61,105 nt of DNA, filler included, from Globobulimina sp. (GCA_003354225.1; 11 parts of 11 records of this genome joined end to end with filler, not necessarily neighbours in it); one strand, 5' to 3'. Positions 32,012 through 44,644 are shown, counted from the whole stretch's first letter. Notes: a model not told the origin generated them from the sequence alone. A program made the numbers and translations.

Positions 32012-32901
32012 TATTAAAAAAGAGAAAAAAAAGAAGCAATACAGGTGTCTTGGATCATCAATCAGACACTGAGATTTTTGTTGCACGGTCTTTGCCGGCT
32101 GTCATTATGTCTTTCCATAAAGTCATTGTGTCTTTCCACAACGCCAATGTATCTTTCTACAATCTGTCATTCTGTCTTTCCAGAATGTCATCCCAAAGAT
32201 GCGATTAATCCTATATTTATATATTGGGAAGTAATCAAGCATCAATAGAAGGTTTTGGATCTTTGATGTCAAGAACCAATGCCTGAAAGATTGCGTCCTA
32301 TATTGCTTCTTGTTTATTCAATACAACAATTAAGCATTTATAAACTGCTACAATTTAAACAATCTCACTTTATGGGAGGTATAGAAAAAAGTAACTGTAT
32401 ATAGTTCCATATAGGCAGTGTAAGAACAAATTATGCGGTGTTTTGTGTAAACGTTTTCCATGCACTTTTTGACAGAATAACCTGTACGGAAACCAATATT
32501 TGTTGATTGTAGATTTTTTGTTGAACAGTGCCACTTTAAAGGCACTTTTTTTTTTCCTCCCATAAAGTGAGAGTGTTTAAATTGTTGCAGTTTATAAATG
32601 CGTAATTGTTGTTTTCAACAAACAAGAAACAAGATAGGAGTTCAGGTCGCAATCTCTCAGGCATTGATTCTTGACATTGCTCTCTTTGATCCAATTCCTC
32701 ATTTTCAAATAATGCATACTCGGCACTGTCGTATCTTTAGGAAGCATAGAAAGATACTGTCATTTAATAATTGATTGATTTGTTTTTAAAAAATACAATA
32801 TTTTCATGTTGGACAGTTGAAATACGGCATTTAAAGATTCAGTGTCTGATTGGTGATCATTCAGAACATACCTGCATTGTTTCTTTTTGGCTATTTTAAT
32901 A
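32012..32901. repeat. Large imperfect inverted repeat (foldback) between divergent genes
   Basis: Inner arms 32255-32379 and 32556-32694 (e.g. CTCACTTTATGGGAGG / CCTCCCATAAAGTGAG); outer arms 32012-32072 and 32839-32901 (CAATCAGACACTGA / TCAGTGTCTGATTG). Confidence 0.85.
32100..32191 (+). repeat. ~21-bp minisatellite, about 4 copies
   Basis: GTCATTATGTCTTTCCATAAA, GTCATTGTGTCTTTCCACAAC, GCCAATGTATCTTTCTACAAT, GTCATTCTGTCTTTCCAGAAT. Confidence 0.75.
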
Positions 32902-32950
32902 TATTATATTATGTTTCTGCAGAAAAAACTTTTTTTTGCAGTCTAAACCA

Positions 32951-33321
32951 ATGGCATATAATATGAACACAGATGAAGATGATAACAAAGCATTGTCAGA
33001 TGACAGTACAAAAGCACAATACAATTATGATATGGATGAAGCACAAATTAATAAATTTATTCAAGATGATATCTCAGACGATAATGATCAAGACATTGAC
33101 CAAATTATGCAACAACATAACAACAATGATATAAATCATAACATATTTAGTTCCCTCGCAAAAATGTTCAAAAACAAAAACAAAAAAAGTAAAAAAAAAA
33201 TCAAAAAATCAAATAACAATGATATAAATCAATATAATATCGCACCACCGATACATCATAACAGCAACAACCACAATAACAACAATACACATATTCCCAT
33301 GGATTTTAATGGATATTCAGA
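32951..33321 (+). CDS. 5' fragment of an Asn/Asp-rich low-complexity protein
   Basis: ATG at 32951, frame open to the contig end. Confidence 0.5.
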
Positions 33322-33774
33322 NNNNNNNNNNNNNNNNNNNNNNNNNNNNNNNNNNNNNNNNNNNNTTAATTAATTAANNNNNNNNNNNNNNNNNNNNNNN
33401 NNNNNNNNNNNNNNNNNNNNNAAAACAAGATGCTTTTTAGGTGATATATTTGAAATAAAAAAACTTAAAAAGAGAATATAAATATAACAGCTAACACAAA
33501 TCTGTGCTTCACTCCTTCCGAAATATGGGTAGAAGTTTCTGGCATTAAAATGTGAAAGAGGTTTAATTCTTCATACTACAAAAAAAGATTATTAAACGTT
33601 TCAACGGTTTCAAGGTTAAACTAGTTCTTTTATCGTTGCATCATTAGGCAAAGCAAAAAAGGCTATTGTCTGACTCTGACGTCTGTCTGTTTTCCCAAAT
33701 TACCAAAATAAAATGTAAATAAATATAAAAAACCACCACAAAGTCCACACAAAATCATGACAACAATTCTCTTT

Positions 33775-34682
33775 TTATTTGGTGACAGTATCATCGACAA
33801 CATTTCCAGTTTGACTTACAACATCTCCAACATCTCCATTATCAAAGTCAAATACTCTCAAAATCATTTCCAATATTGATGACCAACCATTTTGTAACAA
33901 CCATAATATTGATTCTTTTCCTTGATTTATTGACTGTCCCTAATGCAATATTTATAAACAGAATAACAGTCAAAAAGAGATGAGATGAGAACATTACATA
34001 CAATCGGTGTTGATTGAGATTTTACAAAAGTAGCAATTTCCTCTTGATAACAAGCAAAAAAAACAGCAGTTAATATTGAAAATATTAATATAATTAACCA
34101 TCGAGATATTCGTTCTGCTTCTTGTTCATCATACATTTGTGGATGGGGAGACCATAAATGAGTCCCTTCATTATAAACGGGAGGGTATGCTGCAAGGTAT
34201 GCTGCTTCTTCTTTTTCTTCTGGCTGTGGTACGGTAAAAGGTACAGTCTGTGGCTTATCATCGGGACTTAATACGGCTCGAATCCTCTGTCGAATTTCGA
34301 ATGCGGCATCCTTTTGTTTTGGAGGAATTAAAAACTCCATTTCTTGGTTATCATCGTCACGAATTGTAATTCTTTCGACGCGCGGCGATGGTCCGGGATG
34401 TAGTGCTCTTTTACGCGGCAAAGATAAATCAGTCTTATTTGGACTATCCACTAATTATTATTTTCAAAATTTATGTATTTCCGATTCACAAAAACAAATA
34501 ATTACTAAACAAATATTTTTAACATATTTTCGAAATTCATCAACGTTTGCTTTGTATGAAGCTGCTTCTTGAGATTGTCCCTCTATTTCCGCTTTATTTG
34601 TATTTGTATTTGTTGCTTTACGACTTGTTGTGCTTCTTCTTGATGTTCTAGCCTTTCTTGTTGCTTTTCTAGGCACACTCAT
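33775..34682 (-). CDS. Single-pass membrane hypothetical protein; introns 34451-34510 and 33940-34001
   Basis: GTTTAG..TAG and GTATGT..TAG introns join MSVPRKATRK.. to LDSPNK.. to GQSINQ..; TM WLIILIFSILTAVFFACY. Confidence 0.55.
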
Positions 34683-34981
34683 TGTTACTGCAGCACCATT
34701 ACCACCATCCTTTTCACACAATCATGTTTTCAATCGGATAGGATCACAATCAATCATTATAAAAAGAAAGAAAGAAACATACTTATTAATTGTGCACAAT
34801 TGAATTATAATAAAAATTGATGATTCATAATTTATTATTATTAGTTGAGTTATTTTAAGAGATTTGATATTATGTACCTTCTTTTAATCTCTGTGCTCTT
34901 GTTTTTACTGGCATTTTTTAAATAGAAAGAAATTGAACTAACTGAAGTGCAACGTTTTTAGTTTATTTTGTTATTTAAATC

Positions 34982-36295
34982 ATGAACAACTGGCCATGGT
35001 TAAAAACAGGCAAAGGAATGGTATCACAGTTAATGGATGTTGTATCACCAACACCACAAGCAATGCCAATATCTAATAAAAGAAAGAAAGAAAATGGAAA
35101 TGTAGACACAACCGCTGTATTGTTTACGTCATTAAATCAGGATAGTTCTTATGTGTGCTGTGGCACAGACAAAGGATTTAAAATATTTCGATCATATCCA
35201 TTTGAAAAAGTGTTTGAATCGAATGATTTGATCCCTTTACGAATAGCAATGCTGTTCGATAAATCATTGGTTGCTGCATTAACACACAAAGAAGAGAAAA
35301 AGAGTGAAAATAATTATAAATTACAATTATATGATATTAAAAATCGAGAAGAGATCTGGAGAATAGATATTAAATTTGCAAATATATCATTTGCAGTAAA
35401 TAAGACCCGTTTAGTACTATCATTGTCATTATGTAGATTATGCATATTTGATATCACCAACAAAATGAAGCGTTTGCATCCAGAAATAATAACATATAAT
35501 GGAGCCATATTTGATTTATGCTCCGATTCAAATAATTGTTTATTAGCATATGAAGATCAATCCGGTAAAGGGAGAATTTGTATAATGGATGCGTATAATT
35601 TGCAAAAAAGATTAATTATTAAAGCACACGATTCGTGTATACAAATTATCAAATTTAATGAGAATGGAACATTGATAGCATCCGCATCAAAGCACGGCAC
35701 ATTGATCCGAGTGTTTTCACTAAAACTAAAACAAAATAAAGCCATTCAAATTGCAACATTTCGGAGAGGTACATTTGATTCGAAAATTAAGTGTTTAGCA
35801 TTTAATCCATCCTCTTCATTATTGTGTTGTTCATCGCTTGATAGTAATACAATACATATATTTTCTATTAATTTCAATCATGTTGTTACTGTGACTGATT
35901 ATTTGCCCATTTCTGTCAAAAATACTATCGAATATCCACGATCATGTGTTGCTATTCAAATAAAATCCATATCAAATAACAAGAACAACATTCAAATTCA
36001 ATTGCAATGTGGATTTATAAATGATAATTCCATTGTGATTGCCACACAAAATGGATACTTTTATAGATATTTAATAATAGTGAATAAAATTAATAAAACA
36101 AAACTATTAAGTGAGCATTCATTAAAACAGGGCAATATCGATCTAGATCACAAAACGAAAATATTTCATATTCAACAAGAAGAAAAACAAAATATAAAAC
36201 AAAACAAAGACGACAACGACGACAACGACAATAATAATAATAATAATAATGAATCGCCAGAATCTCAATCACCAGAAATATTTGCAAGAGATTAA
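34982..36295 (+). CDS. ATG18: PROPPIN family WD40 autophagy protein (Atg18/WIPI-like)
   Basis: SLNQDSSYVCCGT, IKAHDSCIQIIKFNENGTLIASASKHGTLIRVF, phosphoinositide motif FRRG, TIHIF. Confidence 0.9.
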   Translation: MNNWPWLKTGKGMVSQLMDVVSPTPQAMPISNKRKKENGNVDTTAVLFTSLNQDSSYVCCGTDKGFKIFRSYPFEKVFESNDLIPLRIAMLFDKSLVAALTHKEEKKSENNYKLQLYDIKNREEIWRIDIKFANISFAVNKTRLVLSLSLCRLCIFDITNKMKRLHPEIITYNGAIFDLCSDSNNCLLAYEDQSGKGRICIMDAYNLQKRLIIKAHDSCIQIIKFNENGTLIASASKHGTLIRVFSLKLKQNKAIQIATFRRGTFDSKIKCLAFNPSSSLLCCSSLDSNTIHIFSINFNHVVTVTDYLPISVKNTIEYPRSCVAIQIKSISNNKNNIQIQLQCGFINDNSIVIATQNGYFYRYLIIVNKINKTKLLSEHSLKQGNIDLDHKTKIFHIQQEEKQNIKQNKDDNDDNDNNNNNNNESPESQSPEIFARD

Positions 36296-36502
36296 TAATG
36301 TTATTATCAATTCAATTGTCCATTTTTCGTTTTTAATTAAGTTAAAGTCAATTTTGATTTTGGTCTCGATCAAAGTTTCGATAATTTTGTGTCTGGATCC
36401 TAAAATCCTAACATTAAGGTGCACAAAATTATCGATTAAATCCCTCAAAACTAAGACACTCTGATTTTGATAAAACAATTAAAAAAAAACAGATTGCCAG
36501 TT

Positions 36503-38881
36503 GTAGTAGTAGTGAAGCAACATTCAGCCAGGGTCTAAGTCTGGCTCCATACTCACCGATTGCTTAAACATCCCGGCGAGGGAATTAATTTGGTGGGGAT
36601 AGATACCCCAATGAAAGTGGAATGATTTGGTTTTGGCATATCGGATGGAGTTATAATTGGTGGTAATTAGGCTTGAATTACGAGGGTGCTGTCTACCAAT
36701 TTCTGCTAATATGTCGGCTACCTGATTAAAGGGTTGCTGCTGTGGTTTGGTATGCGATTTTACTTTCCATAATAATATTTTGTTCTTTTTAATGTAATTT
36801 TGGGTATTTTTAAATAGGATCGATATTGGATTACTACGATGTTTCTTTGGGGTTATGATCAATGGGAGGAAGTTGAAAAGTGAATCGGTGAAGATGATAA
36901 TTCTTCTATTTGTTATATTTAATTTATGGTAATTTATTAAGAATTTGGATTTGAATATGGCGTATAGCTCGCCGTAGTGGTTGGTCTGTTGCCCAATTGG
37001 CTGTGAAAAACAATGTATATTATTATTGTCTTGGATATATATGCCTATGCCGGTGGTATTGGTTTGGGGGTCATGGGAGGAATCAGTGGCTATAATTAGG
37101 TCCGTGCTATTTATTTTGTGCTGATACTGATGCCACTCATTTATTGTATCGTTTCTGATGTGAAACATGATCATTTTCGAGGGAACTATGTTGTGTTTGC
37201 ACCTGATTTGTCGGATGGTGCGATTGCCCGCGTTGATTTGTGTGATATTTAGCAGCCATCGGTGGGTTTGGGAGATAAGATCATTGTACAATGTATGTTT
37301 GGTTGTGTTTATGTTTATTTGTTTGTTTATGTAATAGAAAGTGCGGGAGTCATTATTGTAACAGTTCGCGCCACATAGTACCTTCCAGAAATGTGTATGG
37401 TTTAAATTGACATCTCTGCATAATTCGATCAGTCGTTGCATAAAAAGGTGATGGTGTATGTGATTTATTGCGGCTCCACTTTTTGCAAAGTTGGCAGTGG
37501 CGTGATTCCAATATTCATGCCGTATTACGTTTAGCTGTGGACATGAAACCGCTAAATGATGTTCAATCGGAGTGCGAGTTATGGTGCGGCAGAGGTTGCA
37601 GTAGTTATTATTTTTATTAAAGTTATAGAATAAAGCACGGTAATTCAGCACCATTTTATCGTTGACATAGCTGTCTAGCTCCTCTGGTTCGTATGAGTTC
37701 ATTGGCTCATAATTGTCAGTTATGTGGCCTAGGATTTTGATTGGATGATATTGGTTTAATTTATTTACGATTTGGATGTGTTGGTGCTTTACAATTATGG
37801 GTCGTAGTTGATGTGGGTATAGAACGGAGTCATAGGGATCTACCCATATAGTGCCACCTTGGGCTGTTTGTTTCTGCATTGGGAGCCATTTAAGTTTAAG
37901 GTCGGCATATTGTTTGAATAATTTATGGTGCTGGATATGTGGTAATCTGGCCCATCGATGCATGAGGGAGATGGGGTCTCCTTTTATCAATTTCCAATGG
38001 AATGCAAGTTTAAGAGAGGCCCACCTTTCAAACGGTGTAGGGATACCGGCCCAAAGGTAGAGCTGTGCTGGAACGAACTTTTTGATTTTTGTTTGTATAC
38101 TGATCGTTTTTAGTTGTTTGTCCGTTGCTTCTTGTAGTTTGATCTGGTCACAATCAAGGACCTGAGCAAATATTTCTGTGTAAACCAGATAAAACGTTTT
38201 CAGGATCCTTATTTTGTCTTTGAGGGAGATGAAAATGTGATTAAAATCCAAAGTGGATAAAATACGGGCTTTGGAGTCAAGTTTTCGCAAAAAAGCACTG
38301 TTGGTGTATCGGGTCGACACCAAATTGGTGTCGTCGTAACTGCACAGCATAGCGCCTAAGTAGCGAATGAAGGTTGTGCAGTGTAATTTTTCGCCGTTCA
38401 GCCGCAGTTTCAAATGCATAACAGAAGGCGTGAAATGTCGATCATAGCGTATATTATCCCACATTATCGGGTATGGTTTGTTGGCAATGTCTGTATAGAA
38501 TTTGACGTGATCCTGGAATCGATGAAAGTGTTTTTGCGGTATTTCGTTTGTGTTATATTGTTGCAGTTTATTATGTATGTTTATTGCCATTATTTTATTG
38601 CCGACTGGCTTTTGGATGAGGATCATTGGGGCTGGTTTGTTATTATTTATATCCATACTGCTGTGGTATTCGTGGTTTATTAATTGTATATCATCAATAT
38701 TATAAGTGTCAATGTTGTTGGTGTTAATGGTGTCATCATTGTATATGATAGTTTTACATTTGTTGTGGTTGAAACGGTATTTCCATTTATTGCTATGACT
38801 CTCGCATATATTCAAAAGCTTATTGAGGTGGGATATTTTGTTGGCAGTGAGGATGATGTCGTCTGCGTACAGTGTGCAGGC
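36503..38881 (-). mobile_element. 3' half of a non-LTR retrotransposon: RT C-terminus, CCHC-type finger, RNase H, short (TAC)n tail
   Basis: LYADDII at 38852-38872, WKYRFNHNKCK, FIRYLG, CNLC..EHHLAVSC, RNase H IATDSS / NHYGEL / IFTDS / KVKSH / NQVADILA; ends DPG-TGA then ATGTTGCTTCACTACTACTAC; no introns. Confidence 0.92.
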
Positions 38882-38981
38882 NNNNNNNNNNNNNNNNNNN
38901 NNNNNNNNNNNNNNNNNNNNNNNNNTTAATTAATTAANNNNNNNNNNNNNNNNNNNNNNNNNNNNNNNNNNNNNNNNNNNN

Positions 38982-41900
38982 GAGTCCAATGAATTGTTCC
39001 CCACTTTGAATATAAAACATGTGATTGAGGCCATGCCGTATTGGAATGTGATGAAAGCCGGTATTTTGAAAAAAAAAGGGGAGGGTTTCTATGCGAAATC
39101 ACATAAAAGGTATTTTGTGTTAACTAACGAGAAAGTGATAGATTATTATGATGAGATTGAGAAAAAGGGAAATATAAAATTAATGAAGATGCGGAGTTGC
39201 GGCGTTGTGAAAGGGTCAAATAAGGAATTTTATATCGAATGTAGTGATAGAAAATGGGAATTGGAAGTTGTGAATGAAAATATTAGCGGCGGCACTGCGA
39301 AGGAATGGGTGAGCAGTATACAGTATGTGTTTGAAGGTGAGATTGGTGGTGGCGATGATATGGGATTTGATGAATGGGCAGAAACCATCAAGTCGTCTGA
39401 AACCAGTGTCAGTATCACCAAATCGAGTGGCCACGGCATTGTCATTGAAGAGAAAGAATCTCAGCAAGAAAAAATTGTGAAATTGTTGACGAAAATGCTG
39501 AAAAGATTTGCTGAGTTATTAAAACACACTGCCACAGAAAACGAGACCACTGAGACTGTGGAAGCGGCCGTTAAATGGTATGAGGATTTGGAGAATACGC
39601 GCAGTGCCATCGATATATTATTAGCTAAATGGCCTCGAGGCACTATATGCCCACCAGGTAGTTTTCAAATTATTTTTTTTTTATTGAGATAAAAATAAAT
39701 GTCGACAGGTGTGGTCCGGGCACGAGCACAGTTAAAAGATCTGATGGAACAGTCCCGTGACGTTATACTATGTGATATCCGTGCTTTGGCCAATGAGAAC
39801 ATGAGCAATTTCACGGTATTGCGGTTACACAAAGCATGCGGTTTTATGAGTGATTTGGATAAAGGACAAAAGTTGATTTGTGAGCATATCACAGATATTT
39901 TGTTACGCAACGCAGCAACCGAATTTTCTGCGGGCGGTAAATACTGCGCTTTGCAACATATTGAGAGGAGATTCAATGAATATAGACGACAGATGAAGGA
40001 ATATGACAAAAGGTATAATTTGTTTATACCAAAATGGTGGGACTTACCCATCAAAATCGCCTCGCGCTTTTGCAGCTTAATGGGGGAGACTTTAGACGAT
40101 CAATTAACGCGTTTTCCAGAGAATCACGATTCGATCAGTTTAGCTAAGCAGAAATGTGTTTTATTTGAGCAGGAATTGATTGAAGACGCAATGCGCAGAA
40201 TATGCTGCCTTGAAATTGATGTACGTTCGTGGGCGAAATGGGATGATGGCGATCCGGTGTCGTACATTAAAATCGATGATGAAAATGTTATGTTACCCGG
40301 AGGCGGTTTGTGTGTGATTGCGATTGATTTGTTTACGAAAAAAATACTCAAAAAAAAGTTATTTCCGCTTTACAAATATTCTGCGTGGAAAAAATCAGAC
40401 AAACATAGAAAAATTATACGTGACTGGCTGCTATATTTGAATGACATCGACGAACAAACCTTAATTGTGATGGCCTCACATGAGTGGTGCGGGCAGTGTG
40501 AATTCAAAAAAGCTTTGGGTACTAAGGGACTGCCAAAAGAATTGCAAGCGTTAAATTTGACCGCTGCAGACATGGCGAATGAAAATAATTTATTTGAAAA
40601 TAAAGGAGCTTTCATTTATATTGGACGTAAAGGGCGGAAAGATTCATATTTTACAGTTTTAAGCAAGTCTAAAAGCGCCGGACCAATCATGGCGAGGCAT
40701 ATTATCTCTCCGTATATCCCCAAAAATAGACTGGCAAAGTTATGCGACATTGAGCAGATACCTTTTTATGAAGGTATAATATCACAAGTTTTGGAGCGAC
40801 ATTTGGATATTTTTGTAGGTGAAGAAGCAAAAAATGTGCAGCAGATATTGGGGAACGTATTGAATGAAGAAAGTATATCTGTATTAGAGGAGAAAAAAAG
40901 TTGGTTGTCCACTATCAATAAAATGGATCTAAAACAAAAATCCAGTGCGCATTTGGAGAGTGTGGCGAATATCGCAAATGCAATGAAGTTATCCATTGAA
41001 TCGTGTATGAAAATATCGACTGGCAAGCCCTTATTTGAATTGTTGCGGAAATATAGTCAGATGTTACAGGAATATGGCTCGCTTTTATTAAAACTAATAA
41101 CCGATGCTGGAGGCCACAAATTTGCAAATAAGTTGAATTTGAGCGAGGATGAAAAAGGGAAAATAACTTCAGAGAACGGACAAGAAACAAAAAAAAGAAG
41201 ATTCAGCAATTTCAGTTTGCCGGGATTTGGGAATAATATTATTAGCAATGTTAAAAAATTGAATTCACAGAATTGGAGTGATAAAGAAATTCAATTTTTT
41301 ATCATTTATTGTTGTATGATATATAACACTTGCAATAAAGCGCGTGATTTATTGAATGAATTATTGGAAATCGGTCAGAAGGATTTACAGAAAAAATATG
41401 CAAATGGATGCAAATCGGAGTTGATTGAATGCAGACAGTTATTTTTTTCGATGGAAGAAGAATGTTTGGAATTGATTGGAGTTTCTGTGATGGATAAGTT
41501 CGAATTCATATTTGAATTCGAGAAACATAGTAATTGGCAATTGGATAATTACAAAAAGGAATTAATGAATTCTTTCGATTTATATTTGTCAAATTGCAGT
41601 AAATTACTAAATCCATCGGCTTTGGAACATTTTTATAAAATATTTTGTGCTCATTTTGCATTGAAATTATTTGAAAAAATATTAGATTCGAATGCATTGA
41701 ATGCGTCAAGTAATGTTTTGATTGATTTTGCGCCGATTTTCCAAACCGTTGTGATTAAAAAAATCCCGCCGCGAATTATTAAGAAAATGCAAATATTTAT
41801 GAACCGCTGTTTGAATCCGGTGATTAAATTAATTCAGTTGGCATATGCCAATGCGGGGGAAAAATATGATAAGTTACAAAGTGTTAAAACTGAAAAAGAA

Positions 41901-42650
41901 ATCAATTCGAAAAATATATTTTCAAAATTCTTTGGTGGCGTTAATAAGAATAAAAATATTGAAAACAAAGAGAAAGAGAATGAGATTGATACTACAAAGC
42001 AAATGAAAACAAGACAAAAAACTGCGATTTCAAATACTGTTTTTGCACAAAAAGCAATTCAATTTTATACTGATAATGGCATAAAATTAGAGATATTAAA
42101 AAATATTCCATCATATAAGGAGATATTTGCTGAAGATGAAGATGAAAATATTGAGACAATTAATGAAACCTTAAATGATTGAAAGAAAGTTAATATTAAT
42201 ATTAACGATGTAAAACAAGAAAATGAAGAGGAGAAAATAGTAGATATTAATGAGTTGGATGGTGATTATTTTGGACGGAAAACAACAAAATCTGTATCTG
42301 GATTTACTGTGAAAAAAACCAAAAAAAAGAAAAAAAGAATGGCGCCATCGATGACTGCGCCTCGTGTACCGTTTATAGCAAATAATGAAATAAAAAAATC
42401 AAAGCCAATGATGTCAGTATCTATGTCAGAACCTGCACCAAAAGGAGATAAAAATAAAGATATCGCATCAATTGGTGTTGGTATTGGATTGAGTGCAATA
42501 TCATTAATTGTGCCAAAAGTAATAAAAGTGAATATGAAATGGAAAGTTATTCAAAAGGTTATGGCATTGCGAGGCTTTCATGTTTCAGATCAACAAACAA
42601 TACGGATTTTGTGTGAAGATGCACATGAAAATATTCAAAAATCACGATAA
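38982..42650 (+). CDS. Vps53-like tether subunit (5'-truncated) with PH domain, inserted ILEI-like domain and an in-frame TGA at 42180-42182; intron 39658-39708
   Basis: PH MKAGILKKKG..HKRYFVL..IDYY..KKGNI..AKEWV. Vps53-like LQHIERRF..FIPKWWDL..RFC, PFYEGIISQVLERHL, CMKISTGKPLFEL; after the TGA, IQKVMALRG..DQ. Confidence 0.75.
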
Positions 42651-43033
42651 CATATGTTTTTGTATATTTATTTTAATTGTAATTATAATTGATAATAACT
42701 ATTAATTCTCACTCTCATTCTCTGCTTAATTGAACCTATATGTCTTGTCAAGATATTAAGTATAGATTTTATTTTCGAAATCCGAGAATGAGATATCGCA
42801 AGTCAATAAAATCGTGCTTGGGACGTGTTTCTAAAAACGTTTTCTACGCCGGGCGTCCTGGGCGCTAATTAATAGATTACTATTTAATGTTTATCAATTA
42901 CAATGTCAAAAATCTAAATACAATTTACAAAAACGGAAAAGTAATATTTATAGCTAGGCATATATGATATATATGCCATAGGAGTTAATTCATTAGTGAG
43001 CAATATACAGAATTAAATGAAACATATATATCA

Positions 43034-44399
43034 TCAATTTCCTTCCCCAGAAAAATTAGGTGAGCCTTCCCCATAAATAGAATCTACACTCATCCGGTCT
43101 TTATTATACGTAGTATTATCATACGTATTCGTAGTGGTATCATCCCCCGTTGTTAACGTAGCTCCTTTTGTATTTCTTGTGTCCTCATCGTTATACATAT
43201 CATCCGACATTTCCTCAATATCATCATCACTCTGTATTCCATGTATATTGCCTTGCAATTGCTGTTGTAAGTTATGCACATTTAAACCAGTTTGTAATTG
43301 TAATTGCATTTGCACCTCATTCAATTTGTTTGTTTCTTGTGTGATTACGCGCATTTTCTCCATTTTCCTCATGTTTAAACATAAAATAATAACACAAAAT
43401 AAGCATAGAAATACTATTGTACCGATCATTAATAAATAATACCAATTTTTTGCCATATATTGACTGGATAAGACATTGTCATCTAAGCTTTGGTGGTTGG
43501 TGGTGGTCACAACAATGGTGCTTATCACATTTTCTACTACGTGATTTGATGCAACATTCGTTGGAATATTTGATGGAGTATTTGTTCCAAAATAAAGTAC
43601 ATGATTTGATGGAGTATTTGTTGGAATATTTGATGGAATATTTGTAGGGATATTTGTTGGAATATTGGTTGGAATATTTGTTGGAATGTTGGTTGGAACA
43701 TTGGTTGGGATATTTGTTGGAATTTTTGTTGGAATATTTGTTGGGTCATTTGTGGGCATATTTGTTGGATTATTTGTTGGAATATCTGATGGCATATTTG
43801 TGGGCATATTTGTGGGCATATTTGTTGGATTATTTGATGGAATGTTTGTAGGAATATTTGAGGGCAAATTTGTTGGATTATTTGATGGGTTGTCAGTGGG
43901 TGATGCCGTCGGTGGTTGTCCATGCAAATAAAGTTCATCAACATAACAAAGATCACCTGTTTCTGCAGAAACACCTTCAATTCGTATTGACAATGAATTT
44001 TGATTGCTAGCGTCGTTGTTCATGTTAACTACCATTTGATCGTATCTTATGTCATTGTCATTATCGTCATATTGCACCAACTCTGTCCAATCCACTTCAT
44101 TTATTGAATATGCAATTTTAAATAGATCAGTATTCTCATAGTCGCTTATTTGTATTGAATATTGTAAGTTGAATATTGTGATAATTTGTTGTATCTATCC
44201 CATCGTATTGGATTTGTGCGGTGCCATCAATCACAATACATAATGGACTGTAGCAGTTTGAGCTGCTGTCACCACGTGATTCACCTGTTCCACTCTGTGT
44301 CCATCCAGCGGTAGTATTCATACTGTGGTACCATATCTGATCGGTGCATGTCAAATGTAGAAATAAATGTAACACCAAGACAAGACTGGATGGTGCCAT
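43034..44399 (-). CDS. Type I membrane protein (signal peptide, ectodomain, PTNI-repeat stalk, TM) with +1 frame break at ~44165
   Basis: MAPSSLVLVLHLFLHLTC signal; NYHNIQL continues as QYSIQISDYENTDLF..DWTELVQY after removing one base; 12-bp PTN(I/M) repeats at ~43550-43900; TM YYLLMIGTIVFLCLFCVIILCL. Confidence 0.75.
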
Positions 44400-44644
44400 G
44401 TTGAAAACCATTTTCCAAAAAAAAAAAAAAATGCAACACNNNNNNNNNNNNNNNNNNNNNNNNNNNNNNNNNNNNNNNNNNNNTTAATTAATTAANNNNN
44501 NNNNNNNNNNNNNNNNNNNNNNNNNNNNNNNNNNNNNNNGTATATATTCGATTTGTATCAAGGATCTCAATGCTCAAATCACATCACAATAATATCAGAA
44601 ATCATTCTCACGAAAAAAAGTTTTTACTAAGAAAAAATGCACAA

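Noticed and set aside
29193-32533. 16-bp perfect inverted match TGGCACTGTTCAACAA as TIRs of a gene-carrying transposon
   Set aside because: No target-site duplication, no transposase, and the similarity does not extend
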